From the NCBI RefSeq assembly GCF_000189555.1, contig NC_017276.1: a DNA stretch of 64,000 nt. The stretch is one strand, 5' to 3'. The position numbers and the translations under genes were made by a program. Numbering within the stretch: the first letter of the stretch is position 1; the number at the start of each line of letters is the position of its first letter. The stretch is from Saccharolobus islandicus REY15A. GTDB taxonomy: Archaea; Thermoproteota; Thermoprotei_A; Sulfolobales; Sulfolobaceae. The notes under the pieces were generated by a model. The model was given only the letters and a program-made list of their open reading frames with translations. It made no database searches and was not told the DNA's origin. Below are positions 24,409-34,135 of the stretch, one piece after another.

Positions 24409-24744
24409 ATGAGTTTAAAACTTTCAGAAAGCAAAGAGGCAATAAGATGTTGTTATAAAATATCAGATACTGATGTTGAGTGCCTATTTAAATTAGTTGA
24501 GCTTAACAGACCAATTTCCGCTGAAGAGTTAGCTTCCATAATGAAACTCAGCAAAACTACAGTTGAAAATAGTCTAAAGAAATTAATAGAAATAGGGTTG
24601 ATAGTTAGGAATAAGGATGGAGAGGAAGGGAAGAGAATAGGGAGACCTAAATATCTATATGCGGTAATACATAATGCTGACACTAAAATAAAACAAGATT
24701 TAACTAGCTGTGCTTCTAAGATACTGTCAGCAACCTCCAGTTAG
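24409..24744 (+). CDS. Lrs14-family winged-helix regulator
   Basis: CYKISDTDV, HTH, GRPKYLY wing motif. Confidence 0.8.
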   Translation: MSLKLSESKEAIRCCYKISDTDVECLFKLVELNRPISAEELASIMKLSKTTVENSLKKLIEIGLIVRNKDGEEGKRIGRPKYLYAVIHNADTKIKQDLTSCASKILSATSS

Positions 24745-24999
24745 TTCGATTTTTTTAGGCTTTTCAGAACTACTACTTTCTTTTTTAATATGCATAAAAA
24801 ATATCCCATCTTGTTGTGAATCCTCAAGAACCTTGCAATTCATTAGCTTCATAGCCTCCAACAACATTTCCCTGCATTTGGGATCCTTATACCTAATCTT
24901 AAGTTCTCCATTCTCTATCTTCATGAGTTTTGCAACTACCTTCATGAAAGGCTCTGGGCATTCAAACGAAGTTAAATCCATTTCTTCAATCATACTCAA
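24727..24999 (-). CDS. TusA-like protein
   Basis: MDLTSFECPEP CPxP motif; ends in TGGC. Confidence 0.8.
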   Translation of the reverse strand: MSMIEEMDLTSFECPEPFMKVVAKLMKIENGELKIRYKDPKCREMLLEAMKLMNCKVLEDSQQDGIFFMHIKKESSSSEKPKKIELTGGC

Positions 25000-25040
25000 A
25001 GAATTAACGTTATAAAGATAAAAAATTTATTTTTAACAAC

Positions 25041-25208
25041 ATGAAGGTCATATGCCCAGTATGTAATAGGTTGTTTGAAGCTGAATGTACTCCCTATACT
25101 ACTGACTATAATAATATTAAGTATTATTTTGACACTGAAATATGTATGTTAGCCTTTTTAAGAGAACCAGATAGATTTGCTTTTAAATGTAAGAAAAACG
25201 AAGGTTAA
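25041..25208 (+). CDS. YHS/TRASH-domain small protein (55 aa), absent from the ORF track
   Basis: MKVICPVCNRLFEAECTPYTTDYNNIKYYFDTEICMLAFLREPDRFAFKCKKNEG; CPVC...Y...YYF....C...F..EP pattern. Confidence 0.85.
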   Translation: MKVICPVCNRLFEAECTPYTTDYNNIKYYFDTEICMLAFLREPDRFAFKCKKNEG

Positions 25209-25220
25209 AAACAAACTAAT

Positions 25221-25598
25221 TTACTTTCCTTTCAATTCTTGTGGTATTGTACTAGAGAATAAGTCAGCACAATATTTGAAATCGCTCGAAATCTTCTCAG
25301 TAATTCTGTCCGCTTCTATGGGCTTATAGATATATCTTGGTCTTCCTCCCTTCGATGAAGAATCTTTTACCCTATCCACAAAGCCCAATGAAACTAGTTT
25401 ATTTACAGATCTATTTATTGAAGCCTTGCTTAAATGAAGCATTTCAGCTAATTCATCTTCAGTCTTCGGTCCACTGTTCAGTAATGTCTTTAACACTTGG
25501 AAGTCAGTATCTGAAATATCATAGCAGAAGTTCAGTGCATCTACTAATCCAACTTCTTTTCCGGATGGAAGCCTAACTCTTATATTCTCTACTTGCAT
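25221..25598 (-). CDS. lrs14: Lrs14 transcriptional regulator
   Basis: 125-aa wHTH with CYDISDTD and GGRPRYIY; context matches the S. solfataricus lrs14 region as recalled. Confidence 0.7.
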   Translation of the reverse strand: MQVENIRVRLPSGKEVGLVDALNFCYDISDTDFQVLKTLLNSGPKTEDELAEMLHLSKASINRSVNKLVSLGFVDRVKDSSSKGGRPRYIYKPIEADRITEKISSDFKYCADLFSSTIPQELKGK

Positions 25599-25621
25599 AT
25601 GAATATATCAGAAAAAACGTA

Positions 25622-25636
25622 TATATAAATCTTTCC
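25622..25636 (-). promoter_or_regulatory. BRE/TATA (GGAAAGA-TTTATATA) of lrs14
   Basis: TATA about 24 nt upstream of the ATG at 25598. Confidence 0.65.
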
Positions 25637-25676
25637 TTATTTTAGCAAAAAAAGTTAACGTGATTTTTTGGAAATT

Positions 25677-26033
25677 CTATGCCCATAAACCCTTATTCAT
25701 ATCCTCCAATTTAGTAGCTAATGCTATTTGAAAATATCTAAATACCTCTATAGTAAATCGCAAAGCAGATTGATCATCCATTTGCTGAATCTTATTTAGT
25801 AAATCGCTTATAAATCTGGCCATATCATTCAACGTGGTCTTTTCCATTGTATATGTATACTGATCTAACTTGAGTATTTCAAGTATTTCATTTTTGTCCT
25901 TAGCTTGCTTTAGTTTCTTATAAATTTGAAGAACAACTCCCTCCCCATCTTTCCCAAAGAGAGCATCTTGAGGATTTCTTAACCATCTCGCATAAGTAGC
26001 AGCTAACTTCTTTGCCTCATTCTCAATCGACAT
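25677..26033 (-). CDS. Hypothetical all-helical protein
   Basis: Start MSIENE at 26033 supported by TTTATAAT about 22 nt upstream. Confidence 0.75.
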   Translation of the reverse strand: MSIENEAKKLAATYARWLRNPQDALFGKDGEGVVLQIYKKLKQAKDKNEILEILKLDQYTYTMEKTTLNDMARFISDLLNKIQQMDDQSALRFTIEVFRYFQIALATKLEDMNKGLWA

Positions 26034-26082
26034 ATTCTTATATTTCATTCAGAAATTATAAACTTATTTAAAAACACTTTTC

Positions 26083-26577
26083 CTACCTTATAACTTTAAG
26101 TCTCTTAAGTGAGGATATAGCGTCTTCTAGATTAGCAGAATATAAGAATGGAGAATATTTAGAACAGTCTTGATATCTCTTCACGCAAATAACTTTTATT
26201 CTAGAATCGAAAAATCTTGCAGATAGTAAATCTAAGGGGGACGATGCTAAAGTTACTATTTGTAAAGGATCCCATCTAGAGACCTCAATTAAAATCCTAT
26301 ACGGCTCTTTTGATGGTTTAGTTCTTCCTCTATTGGCTATGACGTAACTGGGTTTCAAATTAATTCTCTCCAAAATGGTCTTTGTAGTAGTTTCATCATA
26401 GGGAGAGAGAATGGCTAATTCCACTTCTCTAATCTGATCATAGATTTTGAGCCAATCATCATTAATATCATAAGTGATGGGTAAACTAATCTTGTCTCCC
26501 TTGTAAATCTTGTAAAGTGAGTCAGTTAGATCTATTTTTAGAATAACTCCATCTAACCAAACTGCGAAATTAACCAT
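26083..26577 (-). CDS. HAD-superfamily-like protein
   Basis: AVWLDGVI (motif I, first Asp replaced) and TKPSKEPY motif III-like. Confidence 0.6.
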   Translation of the reverse strand: MVNFAVWLDGVILKIDLTDSLYKIYKGDKISLPITYDINDDWLKIYDQIREVELAILSPYDETTTKTILERINLKPSYVIANRGRTKPSKEPYRILIEVSRWDPLQIVTLASSPLDLLSARFFDSRIKVICVKRYQDCSKYSPFLYSANLEDAISSLKRLKVIR

Positions 26578-26629
26578 AATTATGGTTTACTAAATAAAGT
26601 TTATAAGCTTAAAAATATGTCAAATATTT

Positions 26630-27052
26630 ATGAAGATCTTAGGGTTTACCTTCCCTGATGATTTACTTTATGAACCGGAAAAACATGTGTGGGTAAGGAT
26701 AGAAGATAATAATGTAATTAGTATAGGCGTTACTGATCTAGGACAATATATGGCTGGCAAAATATTTCAAGTTACAGCGAAACAGAAGGGCGAGAAAGTA
26801 AATGGAAGAAGCGTTTTATTCTCCATTGAGAGCGCTAAATGGATAGGTAAGTTTAGGTTGCCAATAGAGGGTGAAGTTTTTGACGTAAATGAAGAAGTAG
26901 TAAAAAATCCTTCATTAATTAATGAAAGACCTTATGATAGTTGGATAATTAAGATAAGGATAGAGGATGTCGATATTATAAAAAGAACTTTCAAACCAAT
27001 TCAAGAAGCATACAAGCAATTTGAGGAGGAGGCAAAAAGAGTTGTTAGATGA
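26630..27052 (+). CDS. lbpA: GcvH-like lipoate-binding protein LbpA
   Basis: GVTDLGQ, IESAKWIG lipoyl-lysine motif, INERPYDSWI; no gcvP/gcvT nearby. Confidence 0.8.
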   Translation: MKILGFTFPDDLLYEPEKHVWVRIEDNNVISIGVTDLGQYMAGKIFQVTAKQKGEKVNGRSVLFSIESAKWIGKFRLPIEGEVFDVNEEVVKNPSLINERPYDSWIIKIRIEDVDIIKRTFKPIQEAYKQFEEEAKRVVR

Positions 27053-27368
27053 TAAGGAAATAGTGCTAAGCGCATTAGAGAAGGTGGATAAGTTTTACGT
27101 TTACTTGGCTGGAATAAATAATAATGAAATACTTCTGGTTACTACGTTGAACGTTCCTAATGAAGTTGAGATTGAGGGAAAGAAGTTCAAGGTAGTTACA
27201 TATCAACCTGATGATTATTTAAATCAAGTAGTAGAAAAAGAGTATGAGATTTTTCGAAAATACAAGATATACTATTTTGTAAAGGCTTATATGAGAAAAA
27301 TACTTGACACGCTTTCCTCTGCTGAAGTTGAACGAATGAGTATTGATATTAAAGATAATCTCTCATAA
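27042..27368 (+). CDS. Hypothetical protein translationally coupled to lbpA
   Basis: TTG at 27042 overlaps the lbpA stop; 108 aa. Confidence 0.7.
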   Translation: MLDDKEIVLSALEKVDKFYVYLAGINNNEILLVTTLNVPNEVEIEGKKFKVVTYQPDDYLNQVVEKEYEIFRKYKIYYFVKAYMRKILDTLSSAEVERMSIDIKDNLS

Positions 27369-28485
27369 ATTTAAGTTTATAGTAAAAAATTAAAGAAAGA
27401 AAAGAGAGTACACTAACAAAAGTCCACAAATATGTATATGTAAATAAGTTTATAAGTAGAGGGGCTATTATGGAGCCAACTATACCGCTAGATTGCCAAA
27501 AGAAGTTAGCAAATCCAGTTACACTACCACTCCGCTCTTTTCCCCCAATTACAGCTACTGCTGTAGAACTCGTTGGCGTTATAATAAACCTGAAGAAACC
27601 TAAAGCCAATGCGTCAATACCCATAACCATTACGTTCTTCGTAAATGAAAAAATAAGTAACGAGAAACTATACAAGCTTATGAACAATAGAAATGTTCTC
27701 TTAACACCTAACGATTTTATTATATATCCAGCTAGAATAGTAGAGAAAATTCCGGTTAATGCAGTGAGCGAGTATATTATACCTGCTACATATTCGTTTC
27801 TAACTACACCCAGTAAATATTTATAAAGATATAGAACAAGCACCCAATATGTTAAATAGAATAAAAAACCTCCAATTGAAATATATATGGAGTTCTTATC
27901 TCTAATTACGTCTTTAAACTTAATTATACTTTTAGATAACTTCAAGGAAGGAAGAAAGACGAGGGCTAAAATACCTAAAATTATGGAAAATACACTTATA
28001 AAATAGAATGAGAACTCCCAACTAAATGTTAAAGCTAGAAAAGGTATTACAATACCGGAAGCTACGATAGATAAGGGCCAAGCCATGCTATAAATACTCA
28101 TCGCAATAGGTAAGTCTTTGTCATCAAAGGAGGTGCTGAGTAGTTTTACTGTAATAGGATATATCCAACCAGCAGAAAATCCCATTAGAAAGCTCGCGAG
28201 ATATTCAACCGTAATGAGAGGAAAAGTTGCTGAGACAAACGACGTGACTGCTACACCTAATAAAGAGAGGAAAAGTAAGCGATTCGCAGAAATACGATCC
28301 GCCAACGTTCCAGAAGGAATTTGGATTAGAATATAGCCTAGGAAGAAAAGTGCGAATATTATACTATCTTCAGTAGTAGTAGTCTTTAATGTGAAAAGAG
28401 GTGCCACAATACTCCAAGCGACTCTGGAAAAGTATGAGAGGAAAAATGATGATGCTGAGAGAAAAATTACTCTCTTCCCTTTCAC
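27349..28485 (-). CDS. MFS transporter
   Basis: PSGTLADRISANR motif A; about 12 TM helices. Confidence 0.85.
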   Translation of the reverse strand: MKGKRVIFLSASSFFLSYFSRVAWSIVAPLFTLKTTTTEDSIIFALFFLGYILIQIPSGTLADRISANRLLFLSLLGVAVTSFVSATFPLITVEYLASFLMGFSAGWIYPITVKLLSTSFDDKDLPIAMSIYSMAWPLSIVASGIVIPFLALTFSWEFSFYFISVFSIILGILALVFLPSLKLSKSIIKFKDVIRDKNSIYISIGGFLFYLTYWVLVLYLYKYLLGVVRNEYVAGIIYSLTALTGIFSTILAGYIIKSLGVKRTFLLFISLYSFSLLIFSFTKNVMVMGIDALALGFFRFIITPTSSTAVAVIGGKERSGSVTGFANFFWQSSGIVGSIIAPLLINLFTYTYLWTFVSVLSFLSLIFYYKLKFMRDYL

Positions 28486-28488
28486 AGC

Positions 28489-28809
28489 TTAAAAACATAC
28501 TGGTAAGTTAAATAACCTTCGTGACTTACTACAAACTAGACAGAACATCGTTGGGTCTATCTTCTCTTTATTTATTATTCTAGTAGATAAAGAATTGATC
28601 ATATTACTAATCTCTCTATCTTCTCTAATTTTCTGAATTTTATCCATACTATCTTTCTTATGCCTCTCATATGCGGTTATTGACATATTAACAGATTTAC
28701 ATGCCTCACGTAGTGATAAACCCTTACTCAGTAAGCTCATTACTAACATAACCTTCAAAGCTGGAACTACATTAACATATCCATCTTCACAAAATGTGGA
28801 GTAACGCAT
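28489..28809 (-). CDS. Small HTH transcriptional regulator with terminal cysteines (AF0184/COG2522-like)
   Basis: CE...VVPALK...GLSLREAC HTH; C-terminal CLVC. Confidence 0.6.
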   Translation of the reverse strand: MRYSTFCEDGYVNVVPALKVMLVMSLLSKGLSLREACKSVNMSITAYERHKKDSMDKIQKIREDREISNMINSLSTRIINKEKIDPTMFCLVCSKSRRLFNLPVCF

Positions 28810-29009
28810 ATATATTATCTCTCCGCAGAAACATTTAACAGCATTTATTATTAGCCTTTATAATTGACTATTAACAGTGTTTATCATAATAAGAAAATCT
28901 TGGAGAAGATAATTGAAATACACTTATATATATTTATGGACAAATGTATATTTGGATATACACGACTTTTTTAAGTAAGTAAGCTAAATAGATATATGGT
29001 GAAAAAGAA

Positions 29010-29393
29010 ATGGCTGAAAAAGTTAGGTTCCCCGATGGAAGAGAAGTAGATATACATGACTTCATAGCCTTCATGTATGGTCTATCTAAAAGTGATGTAG
29101 AGGTACTACACATATTATTGCAAAATGGAAAGATGACCACTGACGACCTATCTCAAAAATTAAACGTGACTAAAGCTTCTATAAGTAAAGCTTTGAATAA
29201 CTTACTTGACAAAGGTTTAATACAGAGGGAAAAGGCTCCAGCTGAAAAAGAGGAAAGGAAAGGGAGACCAAATTACATATATTGGGTAGAAAAAGAGAGG
29301 TTATACAAGAAATTAGAAGCAGATCTAGAAAAACTTGCAGGTACAGTAAAGGACGCATTGCAAAAACACACTGCATTAGAAATAGTCATTTAA
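29010..29393 (+). CDS. Lrs14-family regulator (AbfR2-like)
   Basis: YGLSKSDVEVL, KASISKALNNL HTH, KGRPNYIY. Confidence 0.8.
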   Translation: MAEKVRFPDGREVDIHDFIAFMYGLSKSDVEVLHILLQNGKMTTDDLSQKLNVTKASISKALNNLLDKGLIQREKAPAEKEERKGRPNYIYWVEKERLYKKLEADLEKLAGTVKDALQKHTALEIVI

Positions 29394-29417
29394 ACTTTTT
29401 CAATCAAACATTTTTAT

Positions 29418-29603
29418 ATGGCTGAATTCAAGTCTATAAGACAAATTTTATCTATTCCTAACTTTGGTGTTTGTAGTCAGTGTGGGAAGGAAGTAGAGTA
29501 TGCCGAATTTATCTTAGTACATAAAAACAAGGCTTATCTATTTTGTTCTAAATCATGCTTTAGAAAATGGTTAAGGGAAACTAGAGTACATTATGGTGAT
29601 TGA
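29418..29603 (+). CDS. TRASH/zinc-finger small protein
   Basis: CSQC...YLFCSKSC. Confidence 0.7.
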   Translation: MAEFKSIRQILSIPNFGVCSQCGKEVEYAEFILVHKNKAYLFCSKSCFRKWLRETRVHYGD

Positions 29604-29896
29604 GAAGTAGTTCCTTGCTCTTGCTTCTTCTCTTCCTTCTTAGTTTCATCCTTCTTTGGCTTTTTAATTCTCTCTATACTAATTTCGAAGAAGTACTTTA
29701 CTTGATCACCTTCACACTGCTTAGTAATTAAAGTTTCAGACTTGCTCAATGGGGTACACTTCACTTGATCTTCTCCTACTATCTCATCAATAAACCTTCT
29801 TGCATTGACCAATTTTCGAAATTTCTTCTCTATGGTTATAGGTTCTTTTCCAGCTCTCTCAATCTTAGCCTTCAGATTATACTTTACAACTTTCAT
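29591..29896 (-). CDS. Hypothetical basic protein
   Basis: 101-aa ORF with Lys/Glu-rich tail and TATA upstream. Confidence 0.65.
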   Translation of the reverse strand: MKVVKYNLKAKIERAGKEPITIEKKFRKLVNARRFIDEIVGEDQVKCTPLSKSETLITKQCEGDQVKYFFEISIERIKKPKKDETKKEEKKQEQGTTSQSP

Positions 29897-29949
29897 ATTT
29901 CATGCTAATCCATACAAAGTTATAAGTTTGATTACAAAATATACTTAGC

Positions 29950-30246
29950 ATGTTACCAGTATTAACTACGAGCGGAATAGTTTCAATCATTATAGCGTTT
30001 TTGTTAGGGTTGCTAATAGGTTTTCTTGTGAAAAAGATCATACAAATAGGACTCATATTGCTTGCTATCGTTATAATACTGATCGCAGTTGGCTACATTA
30101 CGCCTCAAGATGTGATAAACTTCTTACATACATTATCGGCAAAATTGCCTTCCGTAATTTCAAGCACTGAGAACTTGAAATCTATAATTCCATATACCTC
30201 AATAACATTCATTATAGGATTCATAATAGGGATAATAAAAGGGTAA
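29950..30246 (+). CDS. Small membrane protein (FUN14-like)
   Basis: G..IGFLVKK....G.....L.AVGYI pattern; 3-4 TM helices. Confidence 0.55.
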   Translation: MLPVLTTSGIVSIIIAFLLGLLIGFLVKKIIQIGLILLAIVIILIAVGYITPQDVINFLHTLSAKLPSVISSTENLKSIIPYTSITFIIGFIIGIIKG

Positions 30247-30249
30247 TTT

Positions 30250-30714
30250 CTACTTTAAAAGGGATAATATATCCTCTAATTTTTTCCTTAATTCTGAAAT
30301 TTCTTCTTTCAGTTTTTCATTCTCACTAACCACATCTTTATACTTCTCTGCACATTGCTCTTCAGTAATGTACCTCAATATTCGCAAATTACTGAAAATT
30401 AATTTTTTATTTTGATTATCATATTCAGCATCTACTGATATTCTAATAACATCCAATTTACCTAGCTTCATCTCCTCCACAATTTTGGCATATAGTTGTT
30501 TATTTAGCTCACTCACATCTCTAATAATAACTTCCTTAGGTGCTATCTTGCTAAATGCAACCAATGCGACTCTCCTTAACTTATCAGCGTATCTAGCAGC
30601 AATTATGAGACCGGTACTCAATTCAAACTTATTTTGACCTAATGCAGAAACCCTAGTGGTTGTTTGTTCATATTCTTCTGCTCTTTCCATATCACGGTTA
30701 ATTTCTTCGCTCAT
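30250..30714 (-). CDS. DUF2258 / ThermoDBP-related nucleic-acid-binding protein
   Basis: LSTGLIIAARYADKLRR motif; C-terminal coiled coil. Confidence 0.75.
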   Translation of the reverse strand: MSEEINRDMERAEEYEQTTTRVSALGQNKFELSTGLIIAARYADKLRRVALVAFSKIAPKEVIIRDVSELNKQLYAKIVEEMKLGKLDVIRISVDAEYDNQNKKLIFSNLRILRYITEEQCAEKYKDVVSENEKLKEEISELRKKLEDILSLLK

Positions 30715-30748
30715 CTATTACTATAATATTATTTTACAATAAAAAATT

Positions 30749-31501
30749 TTATGGCATCTTAGTTTCCCTACCTAGACTATCCTTTGCTATAACTGTACCA
30801 TCTTCTTTATATGTAACTTGCATGAGATTCTTAACTAATTCCAATACTTTAGATGGTTTCACGCAATTGATTTTGATCTCACTACAGATAGCCTCAACTA
30901 TCCTATCTAAACTCCAAAGTGATAACGGAGCTTTCATTCGCCTAACAAGCACTATATCTGAAAACTCGTTACAGACTGAAAGGTTTAATTCCTTGCATCT
31001 ATTCTTTAATTCATTATTCCCTAACGGAATTGTTTTTAGATTAACGCATGATCTCCATTGTATTACACTTCTAAATGCCTTAAAGGAATTTGAAACAGTA
31101 GAAATTTCATCTTGTCTTAAAAATCCTGACACTGCTGATGATAAGAAGGAAAAAATGGATTTTCTTATCCTTTCACAAGTAAAGTTATTCAAATTGAATT
31201 TAACGTTCTCAGGGAATTGCCCACAGACTACGTTAGAATCATAAAGTAGATAATAACAAATTGGATCACCTTTCTCGCATAGATCTATGAGGTTCTTTTC
31301 AGAAAGTACAATAGGTGAGTAGCCTAAACTTGCAAGCTCAAGCATTAAATATTTATCCTCAGTTATAGCGAAAACGTTTATATCTGAGATACCTTCTACG
31401 AAATCCTCTTGCCTTGTATAAGATCCGAAATATGCTAGTAGTTTAACTTTTTTGCAGATCTCTAAAATCTCACTCACATACAATACTACTTTGTGTTGCA
31501 A
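30749..31501 (-). CDS. Nucleotidyltransferase-domain protein with helical C-terminal domain
   Basis: YFGSYTR...SDIN (GS...DxD-like). Confidence 0.65.
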   Translation of the reverse strand: MQHKVVLYVSEILEICKKVKLLAYFGSYTRQEDFVEGISDINVFAITEDKYLMLELASLGYSPIVLSEKNLIDLCEKGDPICYYLLYDSNVVCGQFPENVKFNLNNFTCERIRKSIFSFLSSAVSGFLRQDEISTVSNSFKAFRSVIQWRSCVNLKTIPLGNNELKNRCKELNLSVCNEFSDIVLVRRMKAPLSLWSLDRIVEAICSEIKINCVKPSKVLELVKNLMQVTYKEDGTVIAKDSLGRETKMP

Positions 31502-31567
31502 ATATCTTTATCACTGACAGTCTTTTTTATAAACTAATTTTTTTGCTCGGAGTGAGTATGTTTATAT

Positions 31568-34135
31568 ATGCCAAGTAAATTTTCATACAAAGGTTCAGAA
31601 ATATATTATTATCCTTTAAAAGAATTGGAAGAAAAAGGTTATAAAATAAGTGATCTACCCTATTCAATAAGAATACTTATTGAAAACGTTTACAGAAATT
31701 TAGATGGAAATAAGATAACAGAAGAAGACCTTGAGAATATAACTAAATGGAAGGTAGGAGAAGAATTGGCTTTTATGCCAACTAGAGTTGTAATGCAAGA
31801 CTACACTGGAGTTCCCCTATTAGTTGATTTAGCAGCAATGAGAGAGAAGATGATTCAACTGAAGAAAGATCCCAAGATGATCAACCCAGTAGTTCCGGCA
31901 GACCTAGTCATAGATCATTCGGTACAGGTGGACTATTACGGTACAGTTTACTCACTAGAGTTCAATATGAAAAAAGAATTTGAAAGAAATTTGGAAAGAT
32001 ATCAATTTTTAAAATGGGCTCAAGGGGCATTTAGGAACTTAAGAATTGTGCCTCCAGGTAAAGGGATTATCCATCAAGTAAACCTAGAATACTTAAGTAC
32101 TGTAGTCACAAAGGCTGAAGTAAAGGGTTTGTTAACTGCATTTCCAGAGGTAATTATTGGAACAGATTCGCACACTACAATGATTGAAGGTCTGGGAATC
32201 CTAGGATGGGGAGTTGGTGGATTAGAAGCAGAGGCTGTACTTTTAGGAGAGCCATACTACCTTAATGTACCAGAGGTAATAGGTGTAAGATTATCTGGAG
32301 AGATTCAAGAAGGAGTAACTCCCACTGATGTTGTTCTTTACATTACGGAGTTATTAAGGAAAAAGAACGTGGTAAGTAAATTCGTGGAATTCTTCGGACC
32401 ATCTTTATCGCTACTTTCTGTACCAGATAGGGCTACTATAGCTAACATGGCACCAGAGTACGGTGCAACAGCAGCGTACTTCCCGATTGATGATGTAACC
32501 GTAAGCTATCTTGAACTTACAAATAGAGATGGAGAATTCGTTAAGAAATATTCCCAACTACAAGATTTATTCTATGACGATTCTAGGAAGATAAGGTATA
32601 CGGATGTAGTAGAAGTGGATTTAAGTAAGATAGAACCAGCAATAGCGGGACCTAGAAATCCTGATGAGAGAATAGTTTTAAGAGAAGTTAAAGGAAAACT
32701 AAGTAAGGAGAAGAAGAAAAAGGGCAAATATGTAGAGGACAACGCTGTGGTCTTGGCTGCAATTACTAGTTGTACAAACACTTCTAATCCAACTGTAATG
32801 TTAGGTGCTGGTATCTTAGCTAAAAAGGCTGTTGAAATGGGATTAAGAGTACCTACTTACATTAAAACGAGTACTGCTCCCGGATCACCAGTAGTAGCTG
32901 AATACTTAAGGGAAACCGAATTATTACCATATTTAGAGGCCTTAGGTTTTCACTTAGTTGGTTTCGGATGTACAACGTGTATAGGTAATGCAGGGCCTTT
33001 ACAAAAGCATGTAGAGGAGGACATTAAGGAAAATGGTATCGAAACATATGGGGTAATTAGTGGAAATAGGAATTTTGAAGGCAGAATAAACCCATTATTA
33101 AAGGGTACTTTTCTAGCCTCTCCAATCTTAGTAGTTGCTTATGCGTTAGCGGGAAGAATTGATATAGACTTCTACAATGAGCCTATAGGATACGATCCCA
33201 ATGGAAAACCAGTGTATTTAAGGGATATCTGGCCTTCCTTAAAAGAGATAAAAGCCTACATGAATATGGCCTTAAAGCCAGAACTGTACAAGAAGAATTC
33301 CAATATCTTTGAAGGAAATGAATTGTGGAACTCATTAAAGACCCCACAAGGAGATGTATACAGTTGGGATGAGAAGTCAACCTACATAAGACTACCCCCA
33401 TGGTACACTGAAGAAAAGCAGGAGGAGTTAGATGATATAGTTAACGCTAGAATACTATTGTTACTGGGAGATAAGATAACTACTGATCACATTTCGCCAG
33501 CTGGTCCAATTACCCCTGACTCACCTGCAGGATTATACTTAAAGCAATTTGGTGTAAGTGATCTAAATACCTATGGTGCTAGAAGAGGTAACCATGAGGT
33601 AATGTTAAGAGGGGGATTTTTCAATCCTAAGATGAAGAATCTATTAGTGGAAAAAGAAGGAGGATATACTGTTCACTTCCCAGATAGAAGGATTGCTAGT
33701 GTCTATGAAGTGGCAATGCAGTATAAAAAGGAGGGAGTTCCTCTAGTGATAGTAGCAGGTAAACAATATGGAAGTGGAAGTTCAAGAGATTGGGCAGCAA
33801 AGGTGACCAAATTGTTAGGAGTTAAGGCAGTTTTAGCTGAGAGTTTTGAGAGGATACATAGGAGTAACCTAGTGGCTATGGGTGTAATACCTATACAAAT
33901 TCAAGACTGGAGAAGTCTAGGAATAAAGGGAGATGAGACTATTAACATAAAGGGTATTAAGGATCTTAAACCTAAGAAAGAATTAGTCATAGAGTTTGTG
34001 AAATCTAATGGGGAGAAAATAACTACCAAGGGAATTGCAAGAATAGATAACAACGTTGAACTAACATATGTCAAGAAAGGAGGAATATTAAATTATGTGC
34101 TCGAGAAATTCTTAGAAAATGAAAGGAAGAGTTAG
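31568..34135 (+). CDS. acnA: Aconitate hydratase A
   Basis: QDYTG, DSHT, ITSCTNTSNP, GFGCTTCIGN, GSGSSRDWAAK. Confidence 0.95.
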   Translation: MPSKFSYKGSEIYYYPLKELEEKGYKISDLPYSIRILIENVYRNLDGNKITEEDLENITKWKVGEELAFMPTRVVMQDYTGVPLLVDLAAMREKMIQLKKDPKMINPVVPADLVIDHSVQVDYYGTVYSLEFNMKKEFERNLERYQFLKWAQGAFRNLRIVPPGKGIIHQVNLEYLSTVVTKAEVKGLLTAFPEVIIGTDSHTTMIEGLGILGWGVGGLEAEAVLLGEPYYLNVPEVIGVRLSGEIQEGVTPTDVVLYITELLRKKNVVSKFVEFFGPSLSLLSVPDRATIANMAPEYGATAAYFPIDDVTVSYLELTNRDGEFVKKYSQLQDLFYDDSRKIRYTDVVEVDLSKIEPAIAGPRNPDERIVLREVKGKLSKEKKKKGKYVEDNAVVLAAITSCTNTSNPTVMLGAGILAKKAVEMGLRVPTYIKTSTAPGSPVVAEYLRETELLPYLEALGFHLVGFGCTTCIGNAGPLQKHVEEDIKENGIETYGVISGNRNFEGRINPLLKGTFLASPILVVAYALAGRIDIDFYNEPIGYDPNGKPVYLRDIWPSLKEIKAYMNMALKPELYKKNSNIFEGNELWNSLKTPQGDVYSWDEKSTYIRLPPWYTEEKQEELDDIVNARILLLLGDKITTDHISPAGPITPDSPAGLYLKQFGVSDLNTYGARRGNHEVMLRGGFFNPKMKNLLVEKEGGYTVHFPDRRIASVYEVAMQYKKEGVPLVIVAGKQYGSGSSRDWAAKVTKLLGVKAVLAESFERIHRSNLVAMGVIPIQIQDWRSLGIKGDETINIKGIKDLKPKKELVIEFVKSNGEKITTKGIARIDNNVELTYVKKGGILNYVLEKFLENERKS

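Noticed and set aside
25677-26033. Helical protein vaguely like a CRISPR small subunit (Csa5/Cas11/Csm2)
   Set aside because: Only generic helical resemblance; no cas genes or array in the window
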